Below, piece after piece: positions 28,482-36,799 of a stretch of DNA of 61,368 nt; position 1 is the stretch's first letter, and every line of letters starts with the position of its first letter. The notes under the pieces are model-generated. The model did not search any database. It saw only the letters and a list, made by a program, of their open reading frames with translations, and was not told the DNA's origin. The DNA lies in contig CAZCZJ010000003.1 of the NCBI GenBank assembly GCA_964503235.1, positions 1 to 61,368 on the forward strand, written 5' to 3'. Source of the DNA: an uncultured Dehalococcoidaceae bacterium (GTDB taxonomy: Bacteria > Chloroflexota > Dehalococcoidia > Dehalococcoidales > RBG-16-60-22). Made by a program: the position numbers and the translations under genes.

Positions 28482-28963
28482 TGAATCCTGCCCAGGGTTT
28501 GCCTTAGAGTTATTTGTAGCGGGACGCGATACCGGACCAGTAGCGTGATAAGTCGCGTGTTCAGGTAATTCAGTTTACCCGATAATTTCAGCGCTTTACC
28601 GTTCCTTTCTATCTGAATCACCCTCCCGAAGACCTGCTCTACAGTTACCGGCTCATCGGATTGACGCATACTATCGCCGTTGGTTAAAAATGAGCCTGAG
28701 CCGTTTCTCTTGATAAACCGGTGCACTATAAAGGTGCCTGATGGCAAACAATAGAAGGCAATATCACCCGGATTAAGCTTGTCGGCATTTACCACCTCAA
28801 TCAGAAGAATATCTCCGTGTTTGATAAAGGGGTACATACTCTGGCCACGGCATTTAACCCGTAAGGGAAGACCCACAGATAGTTCTTCTTTGGGAACGTC
28901 ATCCGGAGAGATAGAGATTTTTTCGATAATCTTATCACTACCACAATATGCGTTTATTGGCAT
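28451..28963 (-). CDS. S24/S26-family serine peptidase, SipW/archaeal-type signal peptidase I-like
   Basis: CRGQSMYPFIKHGDILLI (Ser motif), FIVHRFI (His motif), FLTNGDSMRQSDEPV. The internal ATG 28963 was chosen because the 26 codons upstream overlap the phased repeat array. There is no obvious N-terminal TM. The 3' end overlaps the ATPase gene by 31 nt. Confidence 0.6.
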   Translation of the reverse strand: MPINAYCGSDKIIEKISISPDDVPKEELSVGLPLRVKCRGQSMYPFIKHGDILLIEVVNADKLNPGDIAFYCLPSGTFIVHRFIKRNGSGSFLTNGDSMRQSDEPVTVEQVFGRVIQIERNGKALKLSGKLNYLNTRLITLLVRYRVPLQITLRQTLGRIQWIIGRKRVV

Positions 28964-29015
28964 GATTAAAGCCGTACCCCGCTTATCTATGAATTGGAAA
29001 TATACTAATATACTA

Positions 29016-29063
29016 GTTATTTTATGTAAGATGCAAGTCACAATTGTGTAAGAATTTGGTAAA
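29016..29063 (-). promoter_or_regulatory. phased direct-repeat array, minus-strand orientation
   Basis: On the plus strand, GTTAT 29016, GTAAG 29026, GTAAG 29048 and GTAAA 29059, with steps of 10, 22 and 11 nt. It lies just upstream of the peptidase operon. Confidence 0.4.
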
Positions 29064-29065
29064 AA

Positions 29066-29085
29066 TTACACGTATTTACGTGTAA
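29066..29085. promoter_or_regulatory. perfect 9-bp inverted repeat TTACACGTA-TT-TACGTGTAA
   Basis: Read directly from the sequence. It lies in the 233-nt divergent region between the peptidase operon and uppP. Confidence 0.45.
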
Positions 29086-29196
29086 AATCGTTTAGCATGT
29101 GAGTGACTCTTAACGGGAATGACCTTGTTACCGGTTTGATGAAATGATACAATTCACATTATTGGTTAAGCATACCGCTAGTTTCAAGAGGCTTTC

Positions 29197-30000
29197 GTGG
29201 GACTTATCCGAGCTTTAGTTCTGGGTATTGTACAGGGTCTGACTGAATTCCTGCCGATAAGTAGCTCCGGTCATCTGGTATTATTGCCGGCGGCTCTGGG
29301 GTGGGACTCCCCGACTCTGGTATTCGACGCTACCGTACACCTTGCCACGCTGATAGCCGTGATAGCGGTCTTCTGGCGTGACGTGGGTGTTCTAATCGTC
29401 GCCTGGTGGAAAGGTGTGTGGGGTGGTCAGCCTCTAAAAACAGTTGAATCCAGAATCGCCTGGTGGATAATAGTAGGCACGATACCCGGTATTTTAGCGG
29501 GAGTGTTTCTGGAGGGTACATTCGAGTCCTTATTCTCCGAGCCGCGAGCCGTCGGCGGCTTTCTTCTGGCTACTGCCTTGCTGCTTGTTTTAGCCGATAT
29601 TCTGGGTAAGCGTCAGCGAGGTTTTACGGATATTACCTGGTGGAATGGACTTCTCATCGGCATAGGTCAGGCGGCTTCTATTTCCCCCGGGCTTTCCCGG
29701 AGCGGTACCACTATATCCGTGGGAATGTATTGCGGACTAACTAGGGAAGCGGCGGCACGTTTCTCTTTCATACTGGCAATACCCATTATTCTCGGCGCCG
29801 GATTGGTCAATCTGGTTGAACTGGTTCAACATGGCGATATATCTGCCGAAGCCCCCGCCCTGGTTATAGGATTTCTCGCTGCCGCTGTTTCCGGATATGC
29901 GGCTATTAGATTCCTCTTGGCTTACCTGCGCAAACGGCCTTTATTCCCCTTTGCCATATATTGCGTGCTGGTAGGTATTCTGGCGATAACCTTACTCTAA
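29197..30000 (+). CDS. uppP: undecaprenyl-diphosphate phosphatase
   Basis: GTG start. LVLGIVQGLTEFLPISSSGHL and SRSGTTIS are the hallmark BacA/UppP motifs. Confidence 0.9.
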   Translation: MGLIRALVLGIVQGLTEFLPISSSGHLVLLPAALGWDSPTLVFDATVHLATLIAVIAVFWRDVGVLIVAWWKGVWGGQPLKTVESRIAWWIIVGTIPGILAGVFLEGTFESLFSEPRAVGGFLLATALLLVLADILGKRQRGFTDITWWNGLLIGIGQAASISPGLSRSGTTISVGMYCGLTREAAARFSFILAIPIILGAGLVNLVELVQHGDISAEAPALVIGFLAAAVSGYAAIRFLLAYLRKRPLFPFAIYCVLVGILAITLL

Positions 30001-30066
30001 AAAGCGATATAATACCCGGTGGTAGGGGTTGACGTGAAGCCTGAAATGGAATGCAAAATAGGTAGC

Positions 30067-30363
30067 TTATCGGCGATCCCTGTCGTCTCTTCGTCTTTCG
30101 CTCAGTCTTCTTATCTGCATGGTAAGCACGAAAACGGCAAACAGGGTTATGATTAATGAGGCACTAATCTCTATCCAGAGAATGAGAGGGTCTCTTTCTA
30201 TAAAGTAAACCGCCCCGTAAGCGGCGATGACAATCATGTGAATGAGCCAGGCAATAGCCAGTGCTATTAGCAGCATTTGACTTATCAGGACAACCGAAGT
30301 AAATTTCAGTCGTCGCCGCATTGATAGTGGCTTGTTATCAGTTTTCCGGAACCACTTTAACAT
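30067..30363 (-). CDS. small two-TM membrane protein with an Arg/Asp-rich tail, function unknown
   Basis: 98-aa ORF starting 10 nt downstream of the 1316-aa gene. It has two hydrophobic spans and ends RRLSERRRDDRDRR. Confidence 0.45.
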   Translation of the reverse strand: MLKWFRKTDNKPLSMRRRLKFTSVVLISQMLLIALAIAWLIHMIVIAAYGAVYFIERDPLILWIEISASLIITLFAVFVLTMQIRRLSERRRDDRDRR

Positions 30364-30373
30364 TAATTACCTG

Positions 30374-33300
30374 TTACTCGACATATCCTCGAAGCATCTC
30401 ACGTCGGCGATAGATAACTATTGCTAATACGGTTAATAGTACAATCAAGGTTCCGCCGATAATGATTCCGAGAGACCCCCAGCTTATTCCTTTTGTTAGT
30501 GACTCCTCGATAAGGGTAAACTTCTCAAATTGTATGCTGTGAACGACTCCGTTTGGCCCCTGGAGCTCCGCTTCGAAGATATAGGTCCCCATACTCCAGC
30601 CTTCTGAAGGCACATAACTGAGATAGCCTGAATCCTGGTCGGCTTCTACCTGGTTCAGCGTTATCAACGGTATCTCTTCCCAGAGTTCACCGTCGCGGAA
30701 TACTTTTAGAACTAACATGGCTCCCGCGTCGAGATTCTCGGAGTTCTTTATCTGGTAGTCTATCCTGGTAGACTCTATCTTACTTGTTCCGGGATTATAA
30801 GTCGGGGTTATGTCAAAACGACTGATTTCAGGCTTTGGCATCGTTATGATTTCAACATCAACATTTTCGGTGGATTTTACCGTAAAAAAGACAACCTTCT
30901 CACCAATGCTTATAGCGTGTTCTCCTTCAGTCTCCGGGGTAATGGTGAAGATGATGATTTCACTATCACCCCCGGCAATGTCGACATATTTACTGTCTAC
31001 GAACTCATTGTCCATTTTCAGAATAGCCTCGTAAACACCAGGCAGGTCTCCGATATTGCTTAGCAGAGTACTAATCTCGACTCTTTCACCGAGATAAATT
31101 ACTGACGGGGTGATAGTGATATTACTGGTTATGAATTCTGCCGGAGCTTCGTATGTTTCTGCGGTGAATGTCTTCTCGACAACGCCTATGCTTATCCTAT
31201 GTATTCCGGCAATATCGGGTACGGTGCTGAAAATTACTGTACCGATATCACCGCCATCGAGTGTTATAAGTTCCGTAGCATACACTTCGTCATCCAGCAT
31301 CAGACAGACTTCATAGTCCCCGGTCAGGTCTCCGGTATTAACAACCGTAGCCTGTATATCAACATTACTACCACAGGTGACGATATCTGGATATGTAGAG
31401 ATATCGGCTATCTCAAAGCTTGCCGGGTGGGTATAAGCAAGCAAAGCGTACGTAGAGAAATGTTCTAAATTAGCTGAAACTGTATTATCCGCCTGATTGG
31501 TACTGGAGGGAATTGCCTGCCACTCTCCGGTAATCCGATCGAAAGTACCTATTATCAGGTTCTTCTCGGCCACGCCATAAGGGACCTGGTTATCGGAATA
31601 ACTCATAATAAGATTGACAGTTGGCTCAAATTTAGCCCCATCAGGAGCGATATCGTATACCGAACCCACGATTACCGCATCATCAGGTGGCGGTGGTACG
31701 CTCCCTATCATTTTTTCAATTACAATATTTATCAATCGTACTCCCATGCTATTCGTGCCGACAGTTTCTTTAGGGATGTTGATTTTAACACTATTATCGG
31801 ATGATTGGGCAATAACCTCTATATTGAATTTCCCGGATGAAGTAACGAAGTTAAAAACACTGGTTATTTCTACATTATCATCATCATCATTACCACTATC
31901 GCTGCTGCCTCCACCGCCACCAGCGCTAGTAATATTTATAGTGACTACAACACTATTTGAGTTTACCTCTCCATCATTAGCCCGGTAAGAAAAAGAGTCC
32001 GGCCCCGTATAGCCTGGGTCAGGAGTATAGTTGAATGAACCGTTAGGATTGAGTGTGAGACTACCGTGGCTGACACCGCTAATAGGAATTACTGTTAACG
32101 AATCTCCGTCTACATCATTATCATTACCGAGAATACCGGGTGCAGGAACGCTCAGGGTGGTATCGGGTTCGTTGCTATAATAATCACTTACCCCTACCGG
32201 GGGTTGATTCTCACCTTCGCTCCGGATGGTGAAGTTGTAAGATTCCTGGTTCATGACATTAGGCGTTGCTTTAAGGTCGCGCGCGTTTATCATGACATCA
32301 ACAACCTGCTCGTAGTCGAAGTCGACGGGAGGATTATAACTCAGCGTATAATCATATTTATTACCGGTGATCGTGGGGGATACTGTCGAACCTTCCACGC
32401 GCATTACTATAGAGCTCTGGTCGACACCGGTCCCGGTATCTCTAATATGAACCACGATATTCGTATTGGGTGCTGCAGTAGTGCTGTATTTTTGTGGATT
32501 GTGTCCGGAGGTATAGGGTGGTGTATTATCTTCAGCAGGTACTCCGGTGTACTCATACGCACCTATATCCGGTCCGCCACCGCTGTAAGGCCAGGGGGAA
32601 TTGGCATCATTGAACCCCTGGAGGGCTACACCAGCATTTACACATGGAGAGTCGGCTCTTAACTGGAAATTACCACTAGCTGCGTTGGCAAACCCGGCAT
32701 CGGCGGTTGAAACGCCGTGCATTTCCTGTCCGGTTTTCGATTGTAGAATTGCAAGGGTATTAGCTCCATCAGCACCATATTTAACGAAATAATTGTTATC
32801 AGGAACATCAGTAGACCACAAGAAGTCGTAGTCAAAGTCGCATGGGACATTTATGCTATTCTTTAACTCTATCACATACCTTCCACAGTACACGATATTG
32901 TTTCTGGAGACTATGTTGCCAATATCATCATTAGTTTGTGTAATTCCGTTATTAGCATCCACCATGTAGTAAGTATTATGGTAGTAATAAAGTCTGCCGT
33001 AACCAGTGGTTTGTTTGCCTGTCTTGGTGGCTTTGGAGTCTAAACGTCCAGAGGCATTCCAGACTACATTTCTGAATACATAAGCGGGGCCTTCCAGCAC
33101 GGGGCAGGTTGCGATACCTATATCACAATCCTCTATGTAGTTATTCCAGATTCGTGTGTTCTTATCGCCGCCTTCAATTTGGAGCCCGTCGTCAGCCGCC
33201 CGGTAAATCTTGTTACCGTAAAAGTCGCAGCTTTCAAGGTAGTCTTCCGCGCTGTCCACATCTTCAGGATATGTACTGACGCCGTCCCAGAGCTGATAAC

Positions 33301-34324
33301 CGGCGGAGCTAATAGTGTTATTTCTTATAACAATTCCGTACTGTGCCTTGACCAGACCAACACCGCTACTTAGACCCTCACCCCCTGTAGTCCAGTCGAA
33401 GGAGCAGTTCTGGACGAGGTGATTATAGCAAACAATATTATCCCTTTCGGGTGTTGGAACCTCTAGAGATTTACCCTTAAAACTAACCGCCCCATATAGA
33501 TTGGTATAGCCATCACCATGAGCTATGCCATATTCAGTATGGTTATTATGAAATGTGCAATTTTCTATGATGCTGTCGTGGGATACGGATAGATAAATCG
33601 CGGGGTAGAGACTGTCTCTGAAGTTCAGGCCTTTGAACCGGATATAATTTTTTTGAAGCCCGTAGAAAAGAATTCCGATTGTCCCATTACCGGTTATGAT
33701 AACATTCTCGTTATTGTACGGCATGAATGTAATCCAGCCGGTAGAAGTGCCTGAAACCGAAAGCTCCACCTCCTCGGAATAAGTTCCTCCCCTGATAAGA
33801 ATTGTAGAACCCGGAGAGGAAACATCAGATGCCTTTTGTATCGTCCGGTAGGGACTGCCGATTGAGCCGTTCCCCGTCGTGTCATTGCCATTTGTAGCTA
33901 CATAAATATAATTGGTACCAATCGGGGGGTTATCATTCCTTGTTGCGGTGGTTGTGGAAACGGAACCACCGCCGCCGTTAGCATCAATAAGAGTAACCCT
34001 GATTTCATACTGGGTATTAGCCGTAATCCAGAAGATATTTCCCCGGTACTGGCGTTCGGCCCGGTCGACATACATCTCGGGAGCCGTCTTCCAGGTTCCG
34101 CCTGATGGCCGGTATTCCAGGACAGCGCTGTTATTCTGGTTGTTGTCTCCGGAATAGTTAACGGTGACCCCGATACATTCGAAGGTAGGAATCGCGGAAA
34201 TGCTGCCCGGCGTTGTCCCGTCACCGGCGGCTGCGAGCACTGCGGGGGTAAACTCTATTGAGAATACTATGACCATAATCAGGATTATTATAGAAATACG
34301 GTGAAGCCTGAACTTGGACGTCAT
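30374..34324 (-). CDS. large cell-surface protein: signal peptide, FN3-like domain, right-handed parallel beta-helix (pectate-lyase/DUF1565-like), cadherin/VCBS-like Ig domain, tandem CARDB domains, C-terminal TM anchor
   Basis: - N-terminal hydrophobic leader ending AVLAAAGDG.
- YIYVATNGNDTTGNGSIGSPYRTIQKA..ILIRGGTYSE, the beta-helix entry motif.
- GILGNDNDVDGDSLTV..FNYTPDPGYTGPDSFSYRANDG.
- Two CARDB-like repeats (VVNTGDLTGDYEV / LSNIGDLPGVYEA).
- The C-terminus reads LGIIIGGTLIVLLTVLAIVIYRRRE. Confidence 0.8.
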   Translation of the reverse strand: MTSKFRLHRISIIILIMVIVFSIEFTPAVLAAAGDGTTPGSISAIPTFECIGVTVNYSGDNNQNNSAVLEYRPSGGTWKTAPEMYVDRAERQYRGNIFWITANTQYEIRVTLIDANGGGGSVSTTTATRNDNPPIGTNYIYVATNGNDTTGNGSIGSPYRTIQKASDVSSPGSTILIRGGTYSEEVELSVSGTSTGWITFMPYNNENVIITGNGTIGILFYGLQKNYIRFKGLNFRDSLYPAIYLSVSHDSIIENCTFHNNHTEYGIAHGDGYTNLYGAVSFKGKSLEVPTPERDNIVCYNHLVQNCSFDWTTGGEGLSSGVGLVKAQYGIVIRNNTISSAGYQLWDGVSTYPEDVDSAEDYLESCDFYGNKIYRAADDGLQIEGGDKNTRIWNNYIEDCDIGIATCPVLEGPAYVFRNVVWNASGRLDSKATKTGKQTTGYGRLYYYHNTYYMVDANNGITQTNDDIGNIVSRNNIVYCGRYVIELKNSINVPCDFDYDFLWSTDVPDNNYFVKYGADGANTLAILQSKTGQEMHGVSTADAGFANAASGNFQLRADSPCVNAGVALQGFNDANSPWPYSGGGPDIGAYEYTGVPAEDNTPPYTSGHNPQKYSTTAAPNTNIVVHIRDTGTGVDQSSIVMRVEGSTVSPTITGNKYDYTLSYNPPVDFDYEQVVDVMINARDLKATPNVMNQESYNFTIRSEGENQPPVGVSDYYSNEPDTTLSVPAPGILGNDNDVDGDSLTVIPISGVSHGSLTLNPNGSFNYTPDPGYTGPDSFSYRANDGEVNSNSVVVTINITSAGGGGGSSDSGNDDDDNVEITSVFNFVTSSGKFNIEVIAQSSDNSVKINIPKETVGTNSMGVRLINIVIEKMIGSVPPPPDDAVIVGSVYDIAPDGAKFEPTVNLIMSYSDNQVPYGVAEKNLIIGTFDRITGEWQAIPSSTNQADNTVSANLEHFSTYALLAYTHPASFEIADISTYPDIVTCGSNVDIQATVVNTGDLTGDYEVCLMLDDEVYATELITLDGGDIGTVIFSTVPDIAGIHRISIGVVEKTFTAETYEAPAEFITSNITITPSVIYLGERVEISTLLSNIGDLPGVYEAILKMDNEFVDSKYVDIAGGDSEIIIFTITPETEGEHAISIGEKVVFFTVKSTENVDVEIITMPKPEISRFDITPTYNPGTSKIESTRIDYQIKNSENLDAGAMLVLKVFRDGELWEEIPLITLNQVEADQDSGYLSYVPSEGWSMGTYIFEAELQGPNGVVHSIQFEKFTLIEESLTKGISWGSLGIIIGGTLIVLLTVLAIVIYRRREMLRGYVE

Positions 34325-34795
34325 AAATCCACCTCTTGGTTTGATAACTCCGTCAATCTCAATTTCATAATATATTAATCCGTCTCAATGAGTCAATAGT
34401 AAATTAGTAATGAATTTAGGTGTGACTGACCTTTCCTTCCAAAACAGTAGCACGCTGAATTAGAGTCAAAGTATCGAGTAGGACTCATCATGACTGTTAA
34501 GAAGTACACCAAAGGAGTATTCTGAAATAACGGCTGGACTCTAGACAATGATGCGGCTAATGATGGGGTAAGGTCATGATTATTAGTATATGTGATAAAA
34601 TATTTTTAAAAATTCTCCACTTTTCCTTTTATAACTCGCGAACAAATCCCATCAGTTCCTCGGTTATTATTAATATGCAATATGCCATATTTTAAAACCA
34701 AGATAGAATAGATATAATAACATCTTCTTGTGTTTTTTGATTACACCCGAAAATGCTCCCGATACCCGCTGCCGACTTTTAAAGCGGCGACGCGG

Positions 34796-34820
34796 TTATA
34801 ACCTAATTCTTACAATTAAC
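34796..34820 (+). promoter_or_regulatory. weaker copy of the phased-repeat motif (TTATAACCTAATTCTTACAATTAAC)
   Basis: ATAAC 34798, CTTAC 34808 and TTAAC 34816, with steps of 10 and 8 nt. It lies 50-75 nt upstream of the ORF start at 34871. Confidence 0.3.
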
Positions 34821-34870
34821 AAACCAAAATCTAATGTTTAATGCGTAAGATATTTATAATTGGATCCTGA

Positions 34871-36112
34871 TTGAAGATAAAAATGTTGATAGATGAGTCT
34901 GGTGCCATAAAAATGGGCGATCTTATCACAGGAATAGATACAGGTGATGTATCAATAGAGGAAGTAAATGATACCGATACTTTCCGATCATTGAAAGATT
35001 CCTGGAATGAACTATTACAGCAATGCCCTGATAATGATATCTTTCTTACATGGGAATGGCTGTTCCACTGGTGGAAACACTATGGTGGCGATAAAAAGTT
35101 AAGGATCTTGTTAATCAAAGAAAGAGACAAAATTCTTGGTATTGCGCCCTTCATGCAATCGAGATATCGTATCGGCTGGTTCAGTGTTAACGTGCTGGAG
35201 AATATATGTTCCGAAAATTGCGACTACAGCGGTATCATTCTTACCGAAAAAAAACATGAGTCTATAGCCCTGCTCATGGATTATCTGGCAAGAATAATAA
35301 AAGATGAAAAATTAATCATAAGAATATACCACATTCCGGAAAACAGCGTTTTTCTTTCTATATTGCGTGAACAATATCCATCGCATTCAGATTCTCTTTT
35401 CCTGAATGAAAAGATTATAAGTTTCTGTCCCTATATCGAGCTTCCGGCGACCTTTGAGGAATACTTTAATGCCCTCAGTAAAAAGAAGCGCGCCAATGTA
35501 AGGCGCGCCAGGCGATCCCTGGAGCAAGACCATGTGGTCGAATTTAGAAATTATTCAGAAGATGACGATTTAAGGAGCCAACTCCAAGTTCTCTTTGAGT
35601 TTCATCAAAAGAGATGGCAGGAGAAAAATATTATCAGTAAATTTACAACGTCGGAAGCACGAGGCTTCTACATGGATGTATCTCAGGCTTTCATTAAAAA
35701 TAAATGGTTGAATTTTTCTTTCCTCAACGTAGACGGGAAAACAGTCTCAGCAGAATGGGGATTTGATTACAATAAAGAGTCCTACTATATGTCAGGTGCC
35801 TTTGACCTTCACTATTCAGGCTACAGCTTGGGGACTCTGCACCTGATGAAATTGGTAGAGAATGCAATCCAAAATGGCCAGAGAAAATTCGATTTTCTAA
35901 AAGGAGATCAAGCCTACAAGTCTCGCTGGGCAACCAGTAAAACAGCTAACATCAGGATAACCATAGCTAAAAGTGGACTTGTGGGCAGGTACCGGGCCAA
36001 ATTATTTCAGATGCTGATAAAATATCGCAATGTAAAAGAGCGCGGCTTCGGCGAAAATATTACCCTGCTTTTTAGGAAGCTGCGCTACCGAGGAAAGCCA
36101 AGCGACGATTAA
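34871..36112 (+). CDS. FemAB-superfamily / CelD-like GNAT-fold acyl(aminoacyl)transferase (Acetyltransf_6-like)
   Basis: FLTWEWLFHWWKHYG.., LSKKKRANVRRARRSLE, F..HQKRW.., FDFLKGDQAYKSRWAT. The start is uncertain: TTG 34871 in the track, with ATG 34883 or 34913 also possible. Confidence 0.65.
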   Translation: MKIKMLIDESGAIKMGDLITGIDTGDVSIEEVNDTDTFRSLKDSWNELLQQCPDNDIFLTWEWLFHWWKHYGGDKKLRILLIKERDKILGIAPFMQSRYRIGWFSVNVLENICSENCDYSGIILTEKKHESIALLMDYLARIIKDEKLIIRIYHIPENSVFLSILREQYPSHSDSLFLNEKIISFCPYIELPATFEEYFNALSKKKRANVRRARRSLEQDHVVEFRNYSEDDDLRSQLQVLFEFHQKRWQEKNIISKFTTSEARGFYMDVSQAFIKNKWLNFSFLNVDGKTVSAEWGFDYNKESYYMSGAFDLHYSGYSLGTLHLMKLVENAIQNGQRKFDFLKGDQAYKSRWATSKTANIRITIAKSGLVGRYRAKLFQMLIKYRNVKERGFGENITLLFRKLRYRGKPSDD

Positions 36113-36124
36113 AGATTTGATTCC

Positions 36125-36739
36125 TTAGAACGCGAACCTGTTCCTCAGTTTTTCGCCGAGTTTCCTGCCTTTGATATATAACCCGTTAAATTTTCTGAGC
36201 AAGGCAGTTTGAAGGCTTTGAGCCTTTACCTCTCCATACCTTTCATAGAAAACGATATCTCCAAGGGGTTTCCTCGCAAAGACTTTGTCCTTTACCTCAG
36301 CTCGATATCCTAACGGTGTATAAGCAATAACTCTGATTTCATCGGGGACTCCCAGAGCTTCCTTCACCTGCTTCTCGTCGAAAGCTCCTATCCAGCAGGT
36401 CCCCAGCCCCAAGTCAGTGGCGGCCAGTATCAGGTGTTCCAGGGAAATCCCGATGTCCAGCATATAGGTGTCCGTGCCGGGCTTGCGGCCGGATTCTTCA
36501 GGGTTGATACACGCTACGATGATGATCGGCGCCTCGCTGAGCCATTTATTTTCTTCCCCGGCAAGCTTTGCTTTAATGTCCTGGTCTGTGACGATAATGT
36601 ACTGCCAGCATTGACGATTTTTAGGTGAGGGCGCCAGCCGGGCCGCTTCCAGAACGGTTTTCAGGTACTCATCGGGTACCGGAACAGATTTATATTTTCT
36701 GATACTACGCCTTTTTTTTACTACTTCCATGAATTCCAT
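36125..36739 (-). CDS. nitroreductase-family flavoprotein
   Basis: RRSIRKYKSVPVPDEYLKTVLEAARLAPSPKNRQCWQYIIV. Confidence 0.8.
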   Translation of the reverse strand: MEFMEVVKKRRSIRKYKSVPVPDEYLKTVLEAARLAPSPKNRQCWQYIIVTDQDIKAKLAGEENKWLSEAPIIIVACINPEESGRKPGTDTYMLDIGISLEHLILAATDLGLGTCWIGAFDEKQVKEALGVPDEIRVIAYTPLGYRAEVKDKVFARKPLGDIVFYERYGEVKAQSLQTALLRKFNGLYIKGRKLGEKLRNRFAF

Positions 36740-36799
36740 AACAATCTCCTCCAGGTTTTGCTCGGAAGCCGGACTTGCGCCTCCGACAAATTGCCGCGC

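Noticed and set aside
28964-29196. A search for a small RiPP or lasso-type precursor ORF next to the peptidase/ABC/NTase operon. I also searched 25240-25399.
   Set aside because: Only trivial ORFs of 4-10 codons without ribosome-binding sites were found, and there is no leader/core-like peptide.
30374-30500. A PEP-CTERM, LPXTG or PGF-CTERM sorting signal at the C-terminus of the 1316-aa protein.
   Set aside because: The tail has a TM helix and an Arg cluster but no PEP, LPXTG or PGF motif. No sortase, exosortase or archaeosortase gene is present in the window.
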